A program made the translations under genes and the position numbers. Below are positions 51,623-60,708 of a DNA stretch of 64,000 nucleotides, in pieces. Source of the DNA: Candidatus Saccharimonadales bacterium (lineage in GTDB: Bacteria > Patescibacteriota > Saccharimonadia > Saccharimonadales > DASZAF01); contig DATIIB010000006.1 of the NCBI GenBank assembly GCA_035480055.1, positions 9,209-73,208 on the forward strand. Reading direction: 5' to 3'. Within the stretch, counting starts at the first letter, position 1; each line of letters begins with the position of its first letter. Below the pieces are notes generated by a model. That model was not told the origin of the DNA. It saw nothing but the letters and a program-made list of their open reading frames with translations, and ran no database searches.

Positions 51623-52012
51623 TTACTTTTTAAGGTCAGCGAGCGCTTTTTTGACGTGCTGAGTGACCTGGCTGGGCGTAAGGTCGGCCTTCACGATATA
51701 AGAATGCACTCCCAAACTGTCCAATCCTTTGGGAGCTTCTTCTTCGCCAAGATTGGTCAAGATAATCACCGGGATATGCTTGCCCCATTCATGTTTACGC
51801 ATTTCGGCCAGCGCTTCTTCGCCAGACATCTCTGGCATTTTGAGGTCGAGCAAAATAAGATCAGGCTGCATATCTTTGGCCAGTGCCACACCAATTTTGC
51901 CATTGGCGGCAGTCTGTACAAAGAAATTCTCGCTCTCAAACTTCATTCGATACATCTGGGCAATGACCGGATCATCTTCGACGATAGCAATCTTGTAGGG
52001 TTGTGAACTCAT
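51623..52012 (-). CDS. single-domain response regulator (receiver only)
   Basis: KIAIVEDD, phospho-acceptor LILLDLKMP, ILTN, K in IVKA; start at MSSQPYK. Confidence 0.85.
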   Translation of the reverse strand: MSSQPYKIAIVEDDPVIAQMYRMKFESENFFVQTAANGKIGVALAKDMQPDLILLDLKMPEMSGEEALAEMRKHEWGKHIPVIILTNLGEEEAPKGLDSLGVHSYIVKADLTPSQVTQHVKKALADLKK

Positions 52013-52239
52013 AACTACCTTTACACTAGCATCGCAAGGCAATAAAATGCAAGGGAGGCAAGGAATAGCTTGCATTCAGTAGTTATTTATGTTATAGTTT
52101 ACATAATCGGTTCATAAAGTATGTCAACTACTGTCACATCATCACGATTATACCAATTACGTTATCTAAAGGCGTTGCAATACACGTTGTGGCGTAAAAC
52201 ATACGAACTGAATGAAACATTAAACGATTTCAACCCCAC

Positions 52240-52270
52240 ATCTGCGCTGAAAAATGCGCAGATTTTTATT
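52240..52270 (+). terminator. intrinsic terminator inside the 5' leader of the decarboxylase gene
   Basis: ATCTGCGC-tgaaaaat-GCGCAGAT followed by TTTTTATT; 23 nt before ATG 52293; no upstream + strand gene. Confidence 0.6.
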
Positions 52271-52292
52271 CTAGGGGTAAAAAGGTAGGTTT

Positions 52293-53462
52293 ATGAAGTA
52301 TTTTGACCACGACCATTGGATGTCGCAAATTAAAGATCATTATGTTGCGGAAACGCCGTACATGTTGACCGACCTGGGCATTGTCCGCGACCATTGCCAG
52401 ACTTTTAAGACACTCCTTCCGGATATAAAAATGTATTACGCCATGAAGGCCCTGCCAGACAAGCAAGTATTGCAGACGATCAACGAAGTCACAGAAGGCT
52501 TTGACGCTGCTTCGATAGGTGAGATTAACGAGCTACTCAGCCTTAAGGTTCCAGCGCACAAAATTACGTATAGCAATCCGGTTAAATCGATCGAGAGCAT
52601 TCATGAGGCTGCACTGCGTGGCATTAAAATGTTCGCTGTCCAATCGCGCGAAGAAATCGATAAGATTGCAACCTTGCACAAAAACCTCGAAATCTTTGTT
52701 CGGGTCAAAATGGAGGACACACACAGTGCGGTGCCGCTCTCTACCAAGTTCGGCTGTTCCCACGACGAAGCGGTCGAGATTTTGCAATATGCAGGAAATC
52801 AGGGCTTAACACCGGCGGGCATCACCTTTCATGTTGGTTCTCAACAAGAGGGGCTCGCCGAATGGAGCAAGGCGATTCATAAGAGCCAGGAGCTGCTGCG
52901 ACAAGCAAATGCCCGAGGCATTGCGGCCAAGACGATTAACATGGGCGGTGGCTTTCCGGCACATTATCATGCCGATGATACAACCATCGAAGAGGTGGCG
53001 CGTGAGGTGAATGCGGCAATCTCAGCCGAAAAATCATTTATTTATATGGCCGAGCCTGGACGCTACATCGTTGCTGAATCATCGGTGATTGTGGCAACGA
53101 TCATTGGCGTCGAAGAGCGCCAGCATAAACCTTGGCTCTTTCTGGACGTGGGCGTCTTCCAGGCATTTAGCGGCGCGCAGCGCTTTGAGGTGTTCCCGCA
53201 TACGCCGTTTTATGTCGACCTACCGCATAGTCATCCTTCTACCGAAGAACACAAGAATTACGTATTAACGGGCCCATCGTGTGACTCCAAGGACATCCTT
53301 TCGTATGACGCGTCATTGCCCGCGGGGCTGCAGGTTGGCGATAGAATCGCTTTTGCAAACACTGGAGCCTATACCGTCGTCTACGGTGCAAATTTTAATG
53401 GGTTTAAGGTACCACCACGCTTTTTCATCGATTCAAGTAAGAATAAGGAGGGCCGCGAATGA
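52293..53462 (+). CDS. type III PLP-dependent decarboxylase (ornithine/lysine/DAP decarboxylase family)
   Basis: PLP-Lys YAMKA, HVGSQ, GGGFP, EPGRY, active-site GPSCDS. Confidence 0.85.
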   Translation: MKYFDHDHWMSQIKDHYVAETPYMLTDLGIVRDHCQTFKTLLPDIKMYYAMKALPDKQVLQTINEVTEGFDAASIGEINELLSLKVPAHKITYSNPVKSIESIHEAALRGIKMFAVQSREEIDKIATLHKNLEIFVRVKMEDTHSAVPLSTKFGCSHDEAVEILQYAGNQGLTPAGITFHVGSQQEGLAEWSKAIHKSQELLRQANARGIAAKTINMGGGFPAHYHADDTTIEEVAREVNAAISAEKSFIYMAEPGRYIVAESSVIVATIIGVEERQHKPWLFLDVGVFQAFSGAQRFEVFPHTPFYVDLPHSHPSTEEHKNYVLTGPSCDSKDILSYDASLPAGLQVGDRIAFANTGAYTVVYGANFNGFKVPPRFFIDSSKNKEGRE

Positions 53463-54757
53463 GCGCGAATGCAGATCAGTCAGTAACGAGTGAACATAAT
53501 TCTCACCCAGAACGAGCAGGTGAATCGCGTGAGACCTTGCCAACATTTGAATATGGCGACTATCGCACCCTTTGCGACACGGAAACAGATGCTTTCCGAC
53601 GGATAGGTATACTCGATGCAGACGAATATGCCGAGGCGATGGAAGATCCGCGCACCATTTTTTGCGAAATCGACGGAAAGCTCATTCCCGCGCTCACCCC
53701 TCTGTCATACGAACAACGGTATAACGCTGAACGCACCGCTGATATGGCGGACGTTGATGAAGTCATGCTCCTTACTATCCCGCTCACTCGCGTACGGGAA
53801 GGAGCGCTGGCCTCAGAGGAAGCATTGATTGGTGGGGAAGGCTTACCTGCAAACACTGCTATACTTATTGAAGAACCGGATAGTTTGATTGATGGCGATA
53901 GAGAAGCTGACCACCTGGCAGTGTCAGAGTGGCTGGCTGCCTTTGGACAACTGGAGCCGCATGAGTTTATTGATCCTCGGCCTAAAGAAGAGGGTCATGA
54001 GACAGCCTGGATGGGCATCTATAATCTTGAGGTTAGTTCTACGCAAGAGATAGCGCCAGAAAAACTTGAGATGAGCACCGTGAACGCTTTTATACGGTCT
54101 TGGCAGGAATATCGTGAGGAGGAAAACCTTCCCCCCATGCCTGGCGAAGGCTCAAATGATACTTATCTCTTTACGGCAGCTGACCTTCAGACGCACCCTG
54201 AAATTGTGGATGATCTTTGGTCAATATCGCAAGTTGGCTTTGGTAAAGTGCTCGGCGAACATCACCCGATCTCCATGGAAGTCACCAAAGGTTTTTTCAC
54301 AGACCACATCCAAAGTGAGAATGTATTTACGGCAGTTCGATTCGTAGACGGCAGACCGGTGTGCTTTGGGTTTATGGCTCCTGATATGGATCACAACGAT
54401 TGGCTTGATTGTAACTCCACCCTCCTTGGTGGAGACCTCGATAAGGCCAAACAAGAGGGTAAGCAGGTGGCGCACTTCTTTGAACTTATCAGCAAGGGAG
54501 CGCCTGGGATGGCCCTATCGACCGATGTCATTAATCTGTTCTTGGAGGTTGCCAGCCGCACCCGCAAAGATTGGCATGTCGTTCTTGAGTCCACTAACTT
54601 TTCTGCGACGTATATTCCTCATATGGCGGAAGCGCTCATTCAGGCATTGCCGAGTATGGACCTGACCATGCCAACCAAAATGGTTTCGCGATTAGATTAT
54701 TGGTACCTCAAAAAACCTGCTCCCAGCGCGGCTCATCGCGTTTTATCATTAGCGTAA
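53459..54757 (+). CDS. hypothetical acidic protein (432 aa), translationally coupled to decarboxylase; possible GNAT-like C-terminal half
   Basis: ATGA overlap with upstream stop; C-terminal FFELISKGAPGMALSTDVINLFLE loosely resembles acyl-CoA binding beta-alpha of GNATs; no confident family. Confidence 0.5.
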   Translation: MSANADQSVTSEHNSHPERAGESRETLPTFEYGDYRTLCDTETDAFRRIGILDADEYAEAMEDPRTIFCEIDGKLIPALTPLSYEQRYNAERTADMADVDEVMLLTIPLTRVREGALASEEALIGGEGLPANTAILIEEPDSLIDGDREADHLAVSEWLAAFGQLEPHEFIDPRPKEEGHETAWMGIYNLEVSSTQEIAPEKLEMSTVNAFIRSWQEYREEENLPPMPGEGSNDTYLFTAADLQTHPEIVDDLWSISQVGFGKVLGEHHPISMEVTKGFFTDHIQSENVFTAVRFVDGRPVCFGFMAPDMDHNDWLDCNSTLLGGDLDKAKQEGKQVAHFFELISKGAPGMALSTDVINLFLEVASRTRKDWHVVLESTNFSATYIPHMAEALIQALPSMDLTMPTKMVSRLDYWYLKKPAPSAAHRVLSLA

Positions 54758-54779
54758 TTCCCTACTACACGCATTTGGT

Positions 54780-54787
54780 TGTACAAT
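54780..54787 (+). promoter_or_regulatory. -10 TGTACAAT 7 nt before histidine kinase ATG (leaderless)
   Basis: tTGTACAATaagataaATG. Confidence 0.45.
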
Positions 54788-54794
54788 AAGATAA

Positions 54795-56924
54795 ATGACA
54801 CCTTTAGCCATCAGCCTGTTATCGCTTTACTTTGTTGAGGTAGTCGGCTTTTTTGTGATTGCTGCTTTGGTAATACTGCGCCAAAAGACAGCGCTGCATG
54901 TGGGTTTTACGGTGTTTGCGCTGCTGGTCGGTGTATGGCAGGGATTACAGTTTGCCTCTCAACTCGTTTCCGCACATCATGCAATTGCCGGCGCACTTTT
55001 GCAGGCTTCGGTATTTTTCTCTGGACCACTCGCTGCTTCGTTTTTGATATTTACTCTTATTCGCACCAATCAAGAGCCGCATTATTTTAGATACAACGTA
55101 CTTGGCGTGGTTGCGGGTACGGTTTCTCTTTTTTCGAGCAATGTGAGGAATATTAAGATCGACTATCTTGGCATTGGCGTCCCCAAGTTGGATGTCTGGT
55201 ACGCTACGGTACTTGCGTTTGGTGCGTTCAGTGTCGCGTATGGCGTCCTGACTATTTCTATGCACTTTAGGCGAACCACAGACAAAGTAGAACGTCGCCG
55301 CGACGGGATTATGCTGGTGAGCATGCTGATTGTGGGCTTGATGATCATTTTTGCAAGCTTTTCTACCTCTGAATTTTCCCAAAGCGTCTTGGCTCAGCAT
55401 GTGTTGCCAGCCGCGGTGCTATTCGCCATGGTCACGTTTGCCTATGTGATTTATCGTGGACTTTTTGATATCCATTTCTTTGTGGTACGCGCGTTGGCCT
55501 ACTTGGCAACGATTTTTATGCTGACCGTTTTTTGTGTGATACCGGTGGTGCTGATCGCGGCCTACTTTTTGGACATTAACATTGACGGCAAATTGCCTTT
55601 TGTGGCATTTGGAAGCGTTATTGCTCTCTACTTTTTGCTCTATCTGCGCAAACTCTTCGATCAATTGACGATGCGAATATTCTTCCGACAGTTCTATGAT
55701 CCGCAAGATGTGCTGTACAGCCTGAGCAATATTTTGGCGCGAACAATTGACCTGGCCATCTTGACCAAAAGTAGCACGCAGTTACTGAAGCGAGTGCTCA
55801 AAGCGGATACGCTGCAATTCGTCCTGGTCAATAATACGGATGCCGCAGGTGAAGAAATTATTAAAGAGGGCCGGCGATTGCCGTTTGCGCGTTCGAATGC
55901 GGTAATCATTGATGACCTTGATAGCAAACGCCATCCCGAAATGAAGTTTTTCCGGCACCAAAAGATTGCAGTGGTTGTCCGCTTGCATACTGCGCATGAA
56001 GAATTGGGCTACATGTTTTTGGGCTACAAGCAGTCAGGCGAAGCTTTTGGCGGCCGAGAAGTGCGATTACTTAATACCGCTGCAGATGAATTGGCGCTGG
56101 CTATTCAAAATGCCCTGCGCTTCCAAGAGATCCAAAGCTTCAACCTTACGCTGCAACAGAAAATCGATGAGGCCACGGCCAAACTTCGCCAAACCAACCA
56201 CAAGCTGCGCGCGTTAGATGAAGCCAAGGATGAGTTTATCTCTATGGCTTCGCACCAAATGCGCACGCCGCTGACGTCGGTGAAGGGTTATATCTCGATG
56301 GTGCTTGAAGGCTATGGCGGCACGCTCAAACCAGATCAACGCAAGTTGCTGGGCGAAGCCTATAACAGCGCGCAGCGAATGGTGTACTTGATTGCCGACT
56401 TTTTGAACGTCTCCCGGATTCGGACCGGCAAGTTTGAAGTGGAAACAACGCCGGTGCGCTTGACCGACCTCATTCGCACCGAGATCAACCAGCTGGAAGC
56501 CACGGCCAAAAACCGGGGGTTAACGCTGGTATACGACGAACCCGAGCACTTCCCCGAGCTTATGCTGGACGAAGAGAAAACTCGCCAGGTTATTATGAAC
56601 TTTATCGATAACGCGATCTACTACACTCAACCTGGTGGCACCATTACGGTCACTCTCACGACCACTAATAATGAAGTGAGCTTTAGGGTTACAGATACAG
56701 GTATTGGCGTGCCCAAAACCGAGCAGCATCAGTTGTTCAGCAAGTTTTTCCGCGCCAGCAATGCGCTCAAAATGCGACCAGACGGCACGGGCATTGGCCT
56801 ATTCCTTGCGAAGCGAATTATCGCCTTGCAAGAAGGGGCGATCATCTTTGAATCCAAAGAAGGCAAAGGGAGTACCTTTGGCTTTCGTTTTCCACGGCGC
56901 AAGGTGGTTGAAAGCAAGGACTAA
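54795..56924 (+). CDS. sensor histidine kinase with multi-TM N-terminal domain and GAF-like domain
   Basis: About 8 TM in aa 1-290; H-box SHQMRTPLTSVKGY; N, G1 (TDTGIGV), G2 (GTGIGL) boxes. Confidence 0.85.
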   Translation: MTPLAISLLSLYFVEVVGFFVIAALVILRQKTALHVGFTVFALLVGVWQGLQFASQLVSAHHAIAGALLQASVFFSGPLAASFLIFTLIRTNQEPHYFRYNVLGVVAGTVSLFSSNVRNIKIDYLGIGVPKLDVWYATVLAFGAFSVAYGVLTISMHFRRTTDKVERRRDGIMLVSMLIVGLMIIFASFSTSEFSQSVLAQHVLPAAVLFAMVTFAYVIYRGLFDIHFFVVRALAYLATIFMLTVFCVIPVVLIAAYFLDINIDGKLPFVAFGSVIALYFLLYLRKLFDQLTMRIFFRQFYDPQDVLYSLSNILARTIDLAILTKSSTQLLKRVLKADTLQFVLVNNTDAAGEEIIKEGRRLPFARSNAVIIDDLDSKRHPEMKFFRHQKIAVVVRLHTAHEELGYMFLGYKQSGEAFGGREVRLLNTAADELALAIQNALRFQEIQSFNLTLQQKIDEATAKLRQTNHKLRALDEAKDEFISMASHQMRTPLTSVKGYISMVLEGYGGTLKPDQRKLLGEAYNSAQRMVYLIADFLNVSRIRTGKFEVETTPVRLTDLIRTEINQLEATAKNRGLTLVYDEPEHFPELMLDEEKTRQVIMNFIDNAIYYTQPGGTITVTLTTTNNEVSFRVTDTGIGVPKTEQHQLFSKFFRASNALKMRPDGTGIGLFLAKRIIALQEGAIIFESKEGKGSTFGFRFPRRKVVESKD

Positions 56925-57130
56925 AACACGTGGATGATCTGAGTGATGATCCAACTCAGCAGAATGGCCAGCAGTAACAGAATGGTGCGGAAGAGCACCA
57001 TGCGCTTGTTGTCTTTCCACCACGATGCAAAGGCGCTTTGTTCGGTGACAGAGTAGCGGGTGACGCGCGGGCCGGTGGCGGCATCGGTGCCTTTGTAGGG
57101 TTTGTTGCGCTTCTTGGGTGATTTACTCAT
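56921..57130 (-). CDS. small basic single-TM membrane protein (69 aa)
   Basis: MSKSPKKRNKPYKG... followed by LFRTILLLLAILLSWIITQII; upstream part of the 199-aa track ORF overlaps the LPXTG gene and is rejected. Confidence 0.5.
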   Translation of the reverse strand: MSKSPKKRNKPYKGTDAATGPRVTRYSVTEQSAFASWWKDNKRMVLFRTILLLLAILLSWIITQIIHVF

Positions 57131-57141
57131 ACTGCCATCAT

Positions 57142-57174
57142 ACCAAAAATCCCGCTCTGAGGTGAGCGGGATTT
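57142..57174 (-). terminator. intrinsic terminator after 703-aa LPATG gene
   Basis: 11-bp stem AAATCCCGCTC/GAGCGGGATTT, loop 6 nt, TTTTT on - strand. Confidence 0.75.
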
Positions 57175-57194
57175 GGACATTTGGACGCAAGGGG

Positions 57195-59306
57195 TTACTT
57201 ACGAGGCAAACGGTTTTTGATGGCCTTGCGGCTTTGGCGCCAGTAGTAACCAGCTCCGGCCAGGGCGCTTGTCCCAAACAGGCCAGGAAGTGCGGCTTCT
57301 GCACCAGTGGCAGGAAGCGCTGCAGGTTGACATTCTTGCATGCTCTTGCCGCCGTTGTCACAGGTTGGTGCACATTCGGCGCTGGTGCTTGGAATGCCAC
57401 CGTTTTGGCAGGTTGGAGTACATGCAGGGCTGCCCATTGGCACACCTGGTTTACACTCTTGGCACTCTGCGCTACCGGTAGGGACGCCAGGCTTACATTC
57501 GGTACAGCGGCTGTCGCCAACTGGGATACCAGGTTTACATTCCTCTGGAGGTTGCACAGTGGTCTGTGCGGCGCAGGCGTCGCTAGTCTTTTGGACCTGC
57601 TGGCCAGCCACCATAAAGGTGACGGTCACGCGGCTCTTCCAAGTGCCGTCTTTGGCGTAGGTGTGGCTCGCAGTGTTACCAGTGGTAGTTTGCTGGTTGC
57701 CATCGCCAAAGTCGAACAGGTAGTTCACCACGCTGGCATCTTTGCCTTCAATCTTGGTTGAAGCTGAGTAGTCGTAGGTGTCGCGAGTGCCGCTCTTCAG
57801 CACTGCAGTCAGGGCGGTACATTCTGCAACAGGAGGAACTTCCTCGGGTTTGACCTCGAAAGGCTTGCGGCAGGTATCGCTCTCGTCAGTTACTTTGGCT
57901 TGGCCGTTAACGGTTACCAGTACTTGAGCGCTCACGCTGTAGGTGCCGACGGTTGTCTGGCTGTATTGCAGCGTGTCGGTAAGACTAAGGTCTTTTGTTT
58001 CGAGCACTTTATCGGCGCTGTCGCGAACGATGTAGCGATAGCCAGTGATTGTGGCGTTGGTAGCTGAACCGCTGGCTTTGAATTCAAAGTCGGTGCGCGA
58101 TTTTTGCGCAACTGCCAAACCAGTACAAGAGTAGATCGGTGGCTGAGGAGTTGAAGGAGTTACCACTACCTGACAGGTTGCGGTCTTGGTGGTATTGCCA
58201 ACGTTGAAGGTTAAGGTGGCAGTTGCAGTGTAGGTGCCGTCCTTGGTGTATTCGTGGTCGGCAGCAACGGTCAGACCCTGGGCAGCTACGCCAGCTTGCT
58301 TCGCAGTGTCACCAAAGTCGAAGTCACCGCTCTTCAGAGTTGCACCGTTTTCGGCTTTTGCAGTTGCGGTAAAGGTGTACTTGTTCTTGGTGTTTGGCGC
58401 AAGCTTGGCGGTCAATGAGACACAAGCGTACACAGGAACAGGAGGCTGTTTTACTTCCACAGGCTTGGTACAAGCGGTGGCGGTTTTAATCTGCGTTTCA
58501 CCGTTCACTGTAAAGTAAGCGGTTACTTTGGCGGTAAATTTGCCAGGCTTGTAGGTGTGTGAGACTTTTTCGCTCGGGTTGGTCTTGGTGACCGTTGGAG
58601 TGCCGTCGCCAAAGTCGTAGACAACCTTGGAAAGTTTGGCACCGTGCTCAGCGGTGACTTTGCTGCTGAAGTTAAAGGTGTCGGTTTTGCCAGACACTGC
58701 TTCTTCGTTCAGCATGTCACAGCTGTATTTTGGCGCTTCACCCTTAGGGTGAGGAAGGATTGCGTTACCGCAAGCAGTCAGGGCGACGAATTCAACTTGG
58801 TCGCCGTTCATCATAATCAGTGCAGGGATTGAGTTTGAAGCAAACGAGACAGACGTTGGGCGTTGGTAATAGGTTTTACCATTAATCACCACTTTGCTGC
58901 TGCCAGCCATAGTTTGGCGGCCAACACTTTGGCTGTTGGTACCAACTACTTTGCCGTCCAAGACAACATCACCGCTTTTGGTGACATAGCCGAGCTTGGC
59001 AGTTTTTTGGAAACGAGCTAGTTCACTAGAGCTCAGGCCGTAGTGAGCGTAGATGTTGTCCAAATCGCCGGTGCTGTTTTTGTTATATTTGCTGACGAAT
59101 TCGCCAACGTTAACTGCACCACAGTACATAATGGCGTTGTTGTCGCAATCGCGAGCCATTTTGGCTTCAGCGATTTTGGTGCTGGCAAACAATGCACCCC
59201 AAGTACCAGTGGTTACTACAGCAATCGCAGCTACTGCGCTAATTGCGATCTTCTTTTTATTGGCATTTTTGAATAAACGCCCGATACGGGATAATCCCTG
59301 CTTCAT
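57195..59306 (-). CDS. LPATG-anchored surface protein: conserved N-domain, five to six PKD/Ig-like repeats, Cys-rich tandem repeats
   Basis: Signal peptide; repeats with YDFGDG/FDFGD motifs; ECKPGxPxG x3; LPATG + hydrophobic + RQSRKAIKNRLPRK; GAGGAG SD. Confidence 0.8.
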   Translation of the reverse strand: MKQGLSRIGRLFKNANKKKIAISAVAAIAVVTTGTWGALFASTKIAEAKMARDCDNNAIMYCGAVNVGEFVSKYNKNSTGDLDNIYAHYGLSSSELARFQKTAKLGYVTKSGDVVLDGKVVGTNSQSVGRQTMAGSSKVVINGKTYYQRPTSVSFASNSIPALIMMNGDQVEFVALTACGNAILPHPKGEAPKYSCDMLNEEAVSGKTDTFNFSSKVTAEHGAKLSKVVYDFGDGTPTVTKTNPSEKVSHTYKPGKFTAKVTAYFTVNGETQIKTATACTKPVEVKQPPVPVYACVSLTAKLAPNTKNKYTFTATAKAENGATLKSGDFDFGDTAKQAGVAAQGLTVAADHEYTKDGTYTATATLTFNVGNTTKTATCQVVVTPSTPQPPIYSCTGLAVAQKSRTDFEFKASGSATNATITGYRYIVRDSADKVLETKDLSLTDTLQYSQTTVGTYSVSAQVLVTVNGQAKVTDESDTCRKPFEVKPEEVPPVAECTALTAVLKSGTRDTYDYSASTKIEGKDASVVNYLFDFGDGNQQTTTGNTASHTYAKDGTWKSRVTVTFMVAGQQVQKTSDACAAQTTVQPPEECKPGIPVGDSRCTECKPGVPTGSAECQECKPGVPMGSPACTPTCQNGGIPSTSAECAPTCDNGGKSMQECQPAALPATGAEAALPGLFGTSALAGAGYYWRQSRKAIKNRLPRK

Positions 59307-59500
59307 ATACTCTCCTCACACTTATTAGTTATATGAGCTAATAGGTTCTAAATTAACATAAAAACTAAGTAAAGTCAACTCTTTCAACACAAAAAGCAAA
59401 TAAGCGCAAGCGGTTTGCTGAACGCTTTGTATAGATTGACTCATCCTGCGTGAGCTAATCGAGAGACTTGTTTGAGGAGGCAAAAGCTAACTAATGCAAT

Positions 59501-60580
59501 TTACCGGCGCAGCAATCGTGCAATCAGCCCTTTGCGGCTTACGCGCCAGTAGTAACCAGCCCCGGCGAGGGCGCTGGTGCCGAACATGCCGCCGGCAACG
59601 TTTTCCAGACCGGTGGCTGGCAGTTGTTGCGCCGGTGCGGGAGTGGTTGGCGTGGTGACTGAAGCTTGGGTGGCTTGGGGCGGTGCCTGCACTGGGGTTT
59701 CAGCTTCGCAGACTTGGTTTTGGCTGGCGATGCTAAATTGGACGGTGACGCGGGTTTTCCAATTGCCGGCATTGGCATAGGTGTGACTGGTCGAGCCCTG
59801 AAGAGTCACTTGCGGCGAAGTGCCATCTCCAAAATCAAAACTGTAGCTGAGCGCTTTGGCGCCGCCAGTCAGCGTGTTGGTGACGGTGTAATTATAGGTG
59901 TCGCGAGTGCCGGTTCGCAGCGTCGCGTGAAGAGCTGAGCACATTGCGCTAGCTACGGGAGTGGGGCTAGGTTTTGGCGTTGGCTTAGGCGTAGTGGTCG
60001 GTTTGGGTGTCGCTTTGACCGGGTTGCCGCACGACGCCAGCACAATAAAATCAATCTTGCTGCCGTTCATCATAATCAAGGCTGGAATCTTATCTGTAGT
60101 GAACGAGACACTGGTGGGGCGTTCAAAATACTTCTTGCCATTGATGGTTTTGGTGCTGCTGCCTGAGATATCTTGGCGCCCGATGCTCGTCGAGCCAGTG
60201 GCAATCACTTTGCCGTTCAGCACAACATCACCGCTTTTGGTGACATAGCCGAGTTTGGCATTGGCTTGTAGTTTACTCAGGTCACCAGAGGTGAAGCCGT
60301 AATTAGCATAGATATTGTCCAGGTCACCTGATTTGTTGGCTTTGTACGCAGCGGTAAATGCTGTAACCGCGCTCGAAGCACTTGAGTCCGAAAAACCACA
60401 GCGGATTACGGCGTTATCATTACAGTCAGCGGTCATGGCCGAAACCTGATGCGCGTGTCCAAGTAGCGCGCTCCAACCAAGGACGCCTCCTAGTAGCAGG
60501 ACACTCAGTCCGCCAATAACTATTTTGCTGGCTGCGGCAAATTGCCATAAGTTGCGTACATGATTTTGTCGTTCAGTCAT
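59501..60580 (-). CDS. LPATG-anchored surface protein, shorter paralog (same N-domain, one PKD-like repeat)
   Basis: N-domain aligns with 703-aa protein (KLGYVTKSGDVVL.GKV, IPALIMMNG); FDFGDGTS; LPATG + TM + RVSRKGLIARLLRR; AGGAG SD. Confidence 0.8.
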   Translation of the reverse strand: MTERQNHVRNLWQFAAASKIVIGGLSVLLLGGVLGWSALLGHAHQVSAMTADCNDNAVIRCGFSDSSASSAVTAFTAAYKANKSGDLDNIYANYGFTSGDLSKLQANAKLGYVTKSGDVVLNGKVIATGSTSIGRQDISGSSTKTINGKKYFERPTSVSFTTDKIPALIMMNGSKIDFIVLASCGNPVKATPKPTTTPKPTPKPSPTPVASAMCSALHATLRTGTRDTYNYTVTNTLTGGAKALSYSFDFGDGTSPQVTLQGSTSHTYANAGNWKTRVTVQFSIASQNQVCEAETPVQAPPQATQASVTTPTTPAPAQQLPATGLENVAGGMFGTSALAGAGYYWRVSRKGLIARLLRR

Positions 60581-60693
60581 AGGCTCTCCTGTTTATACGA
60601 TTTTTTGGTGGACTGGTTATACTAATGATAAATAGTTATGACAAAACGTCAATAACCGTATGCTTCATATACCTGACAGCTACATCTGACTCG

Positions 60694-60702
60694 TGGCATA
60701 CT
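60694..60702 (+). promoter_or_regulatory. TG-extended -10 (TGgCATACT) 6 nt before umuD ATG (leaderless)
   Basis: TGgCATACTataagtATG; embedded in palindrome CATACTATAAGTATG (60697-60711). Confidence 0.45.
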
Positions 60703-60708
60703 ATAAGT

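Noticed and set aside
57102-57761. 219-aa + strand ORF, and the upstream part of the 199-aa - strand ORF 56921-57520
   Set aside because: Both overlap the C-terminal coding region of the 703-aa LPATG protein. Only the last 69 codons of the - strand ORF (56921-57130) lie in free space, behind a terminator, and they have a plausible TM protein sequence.
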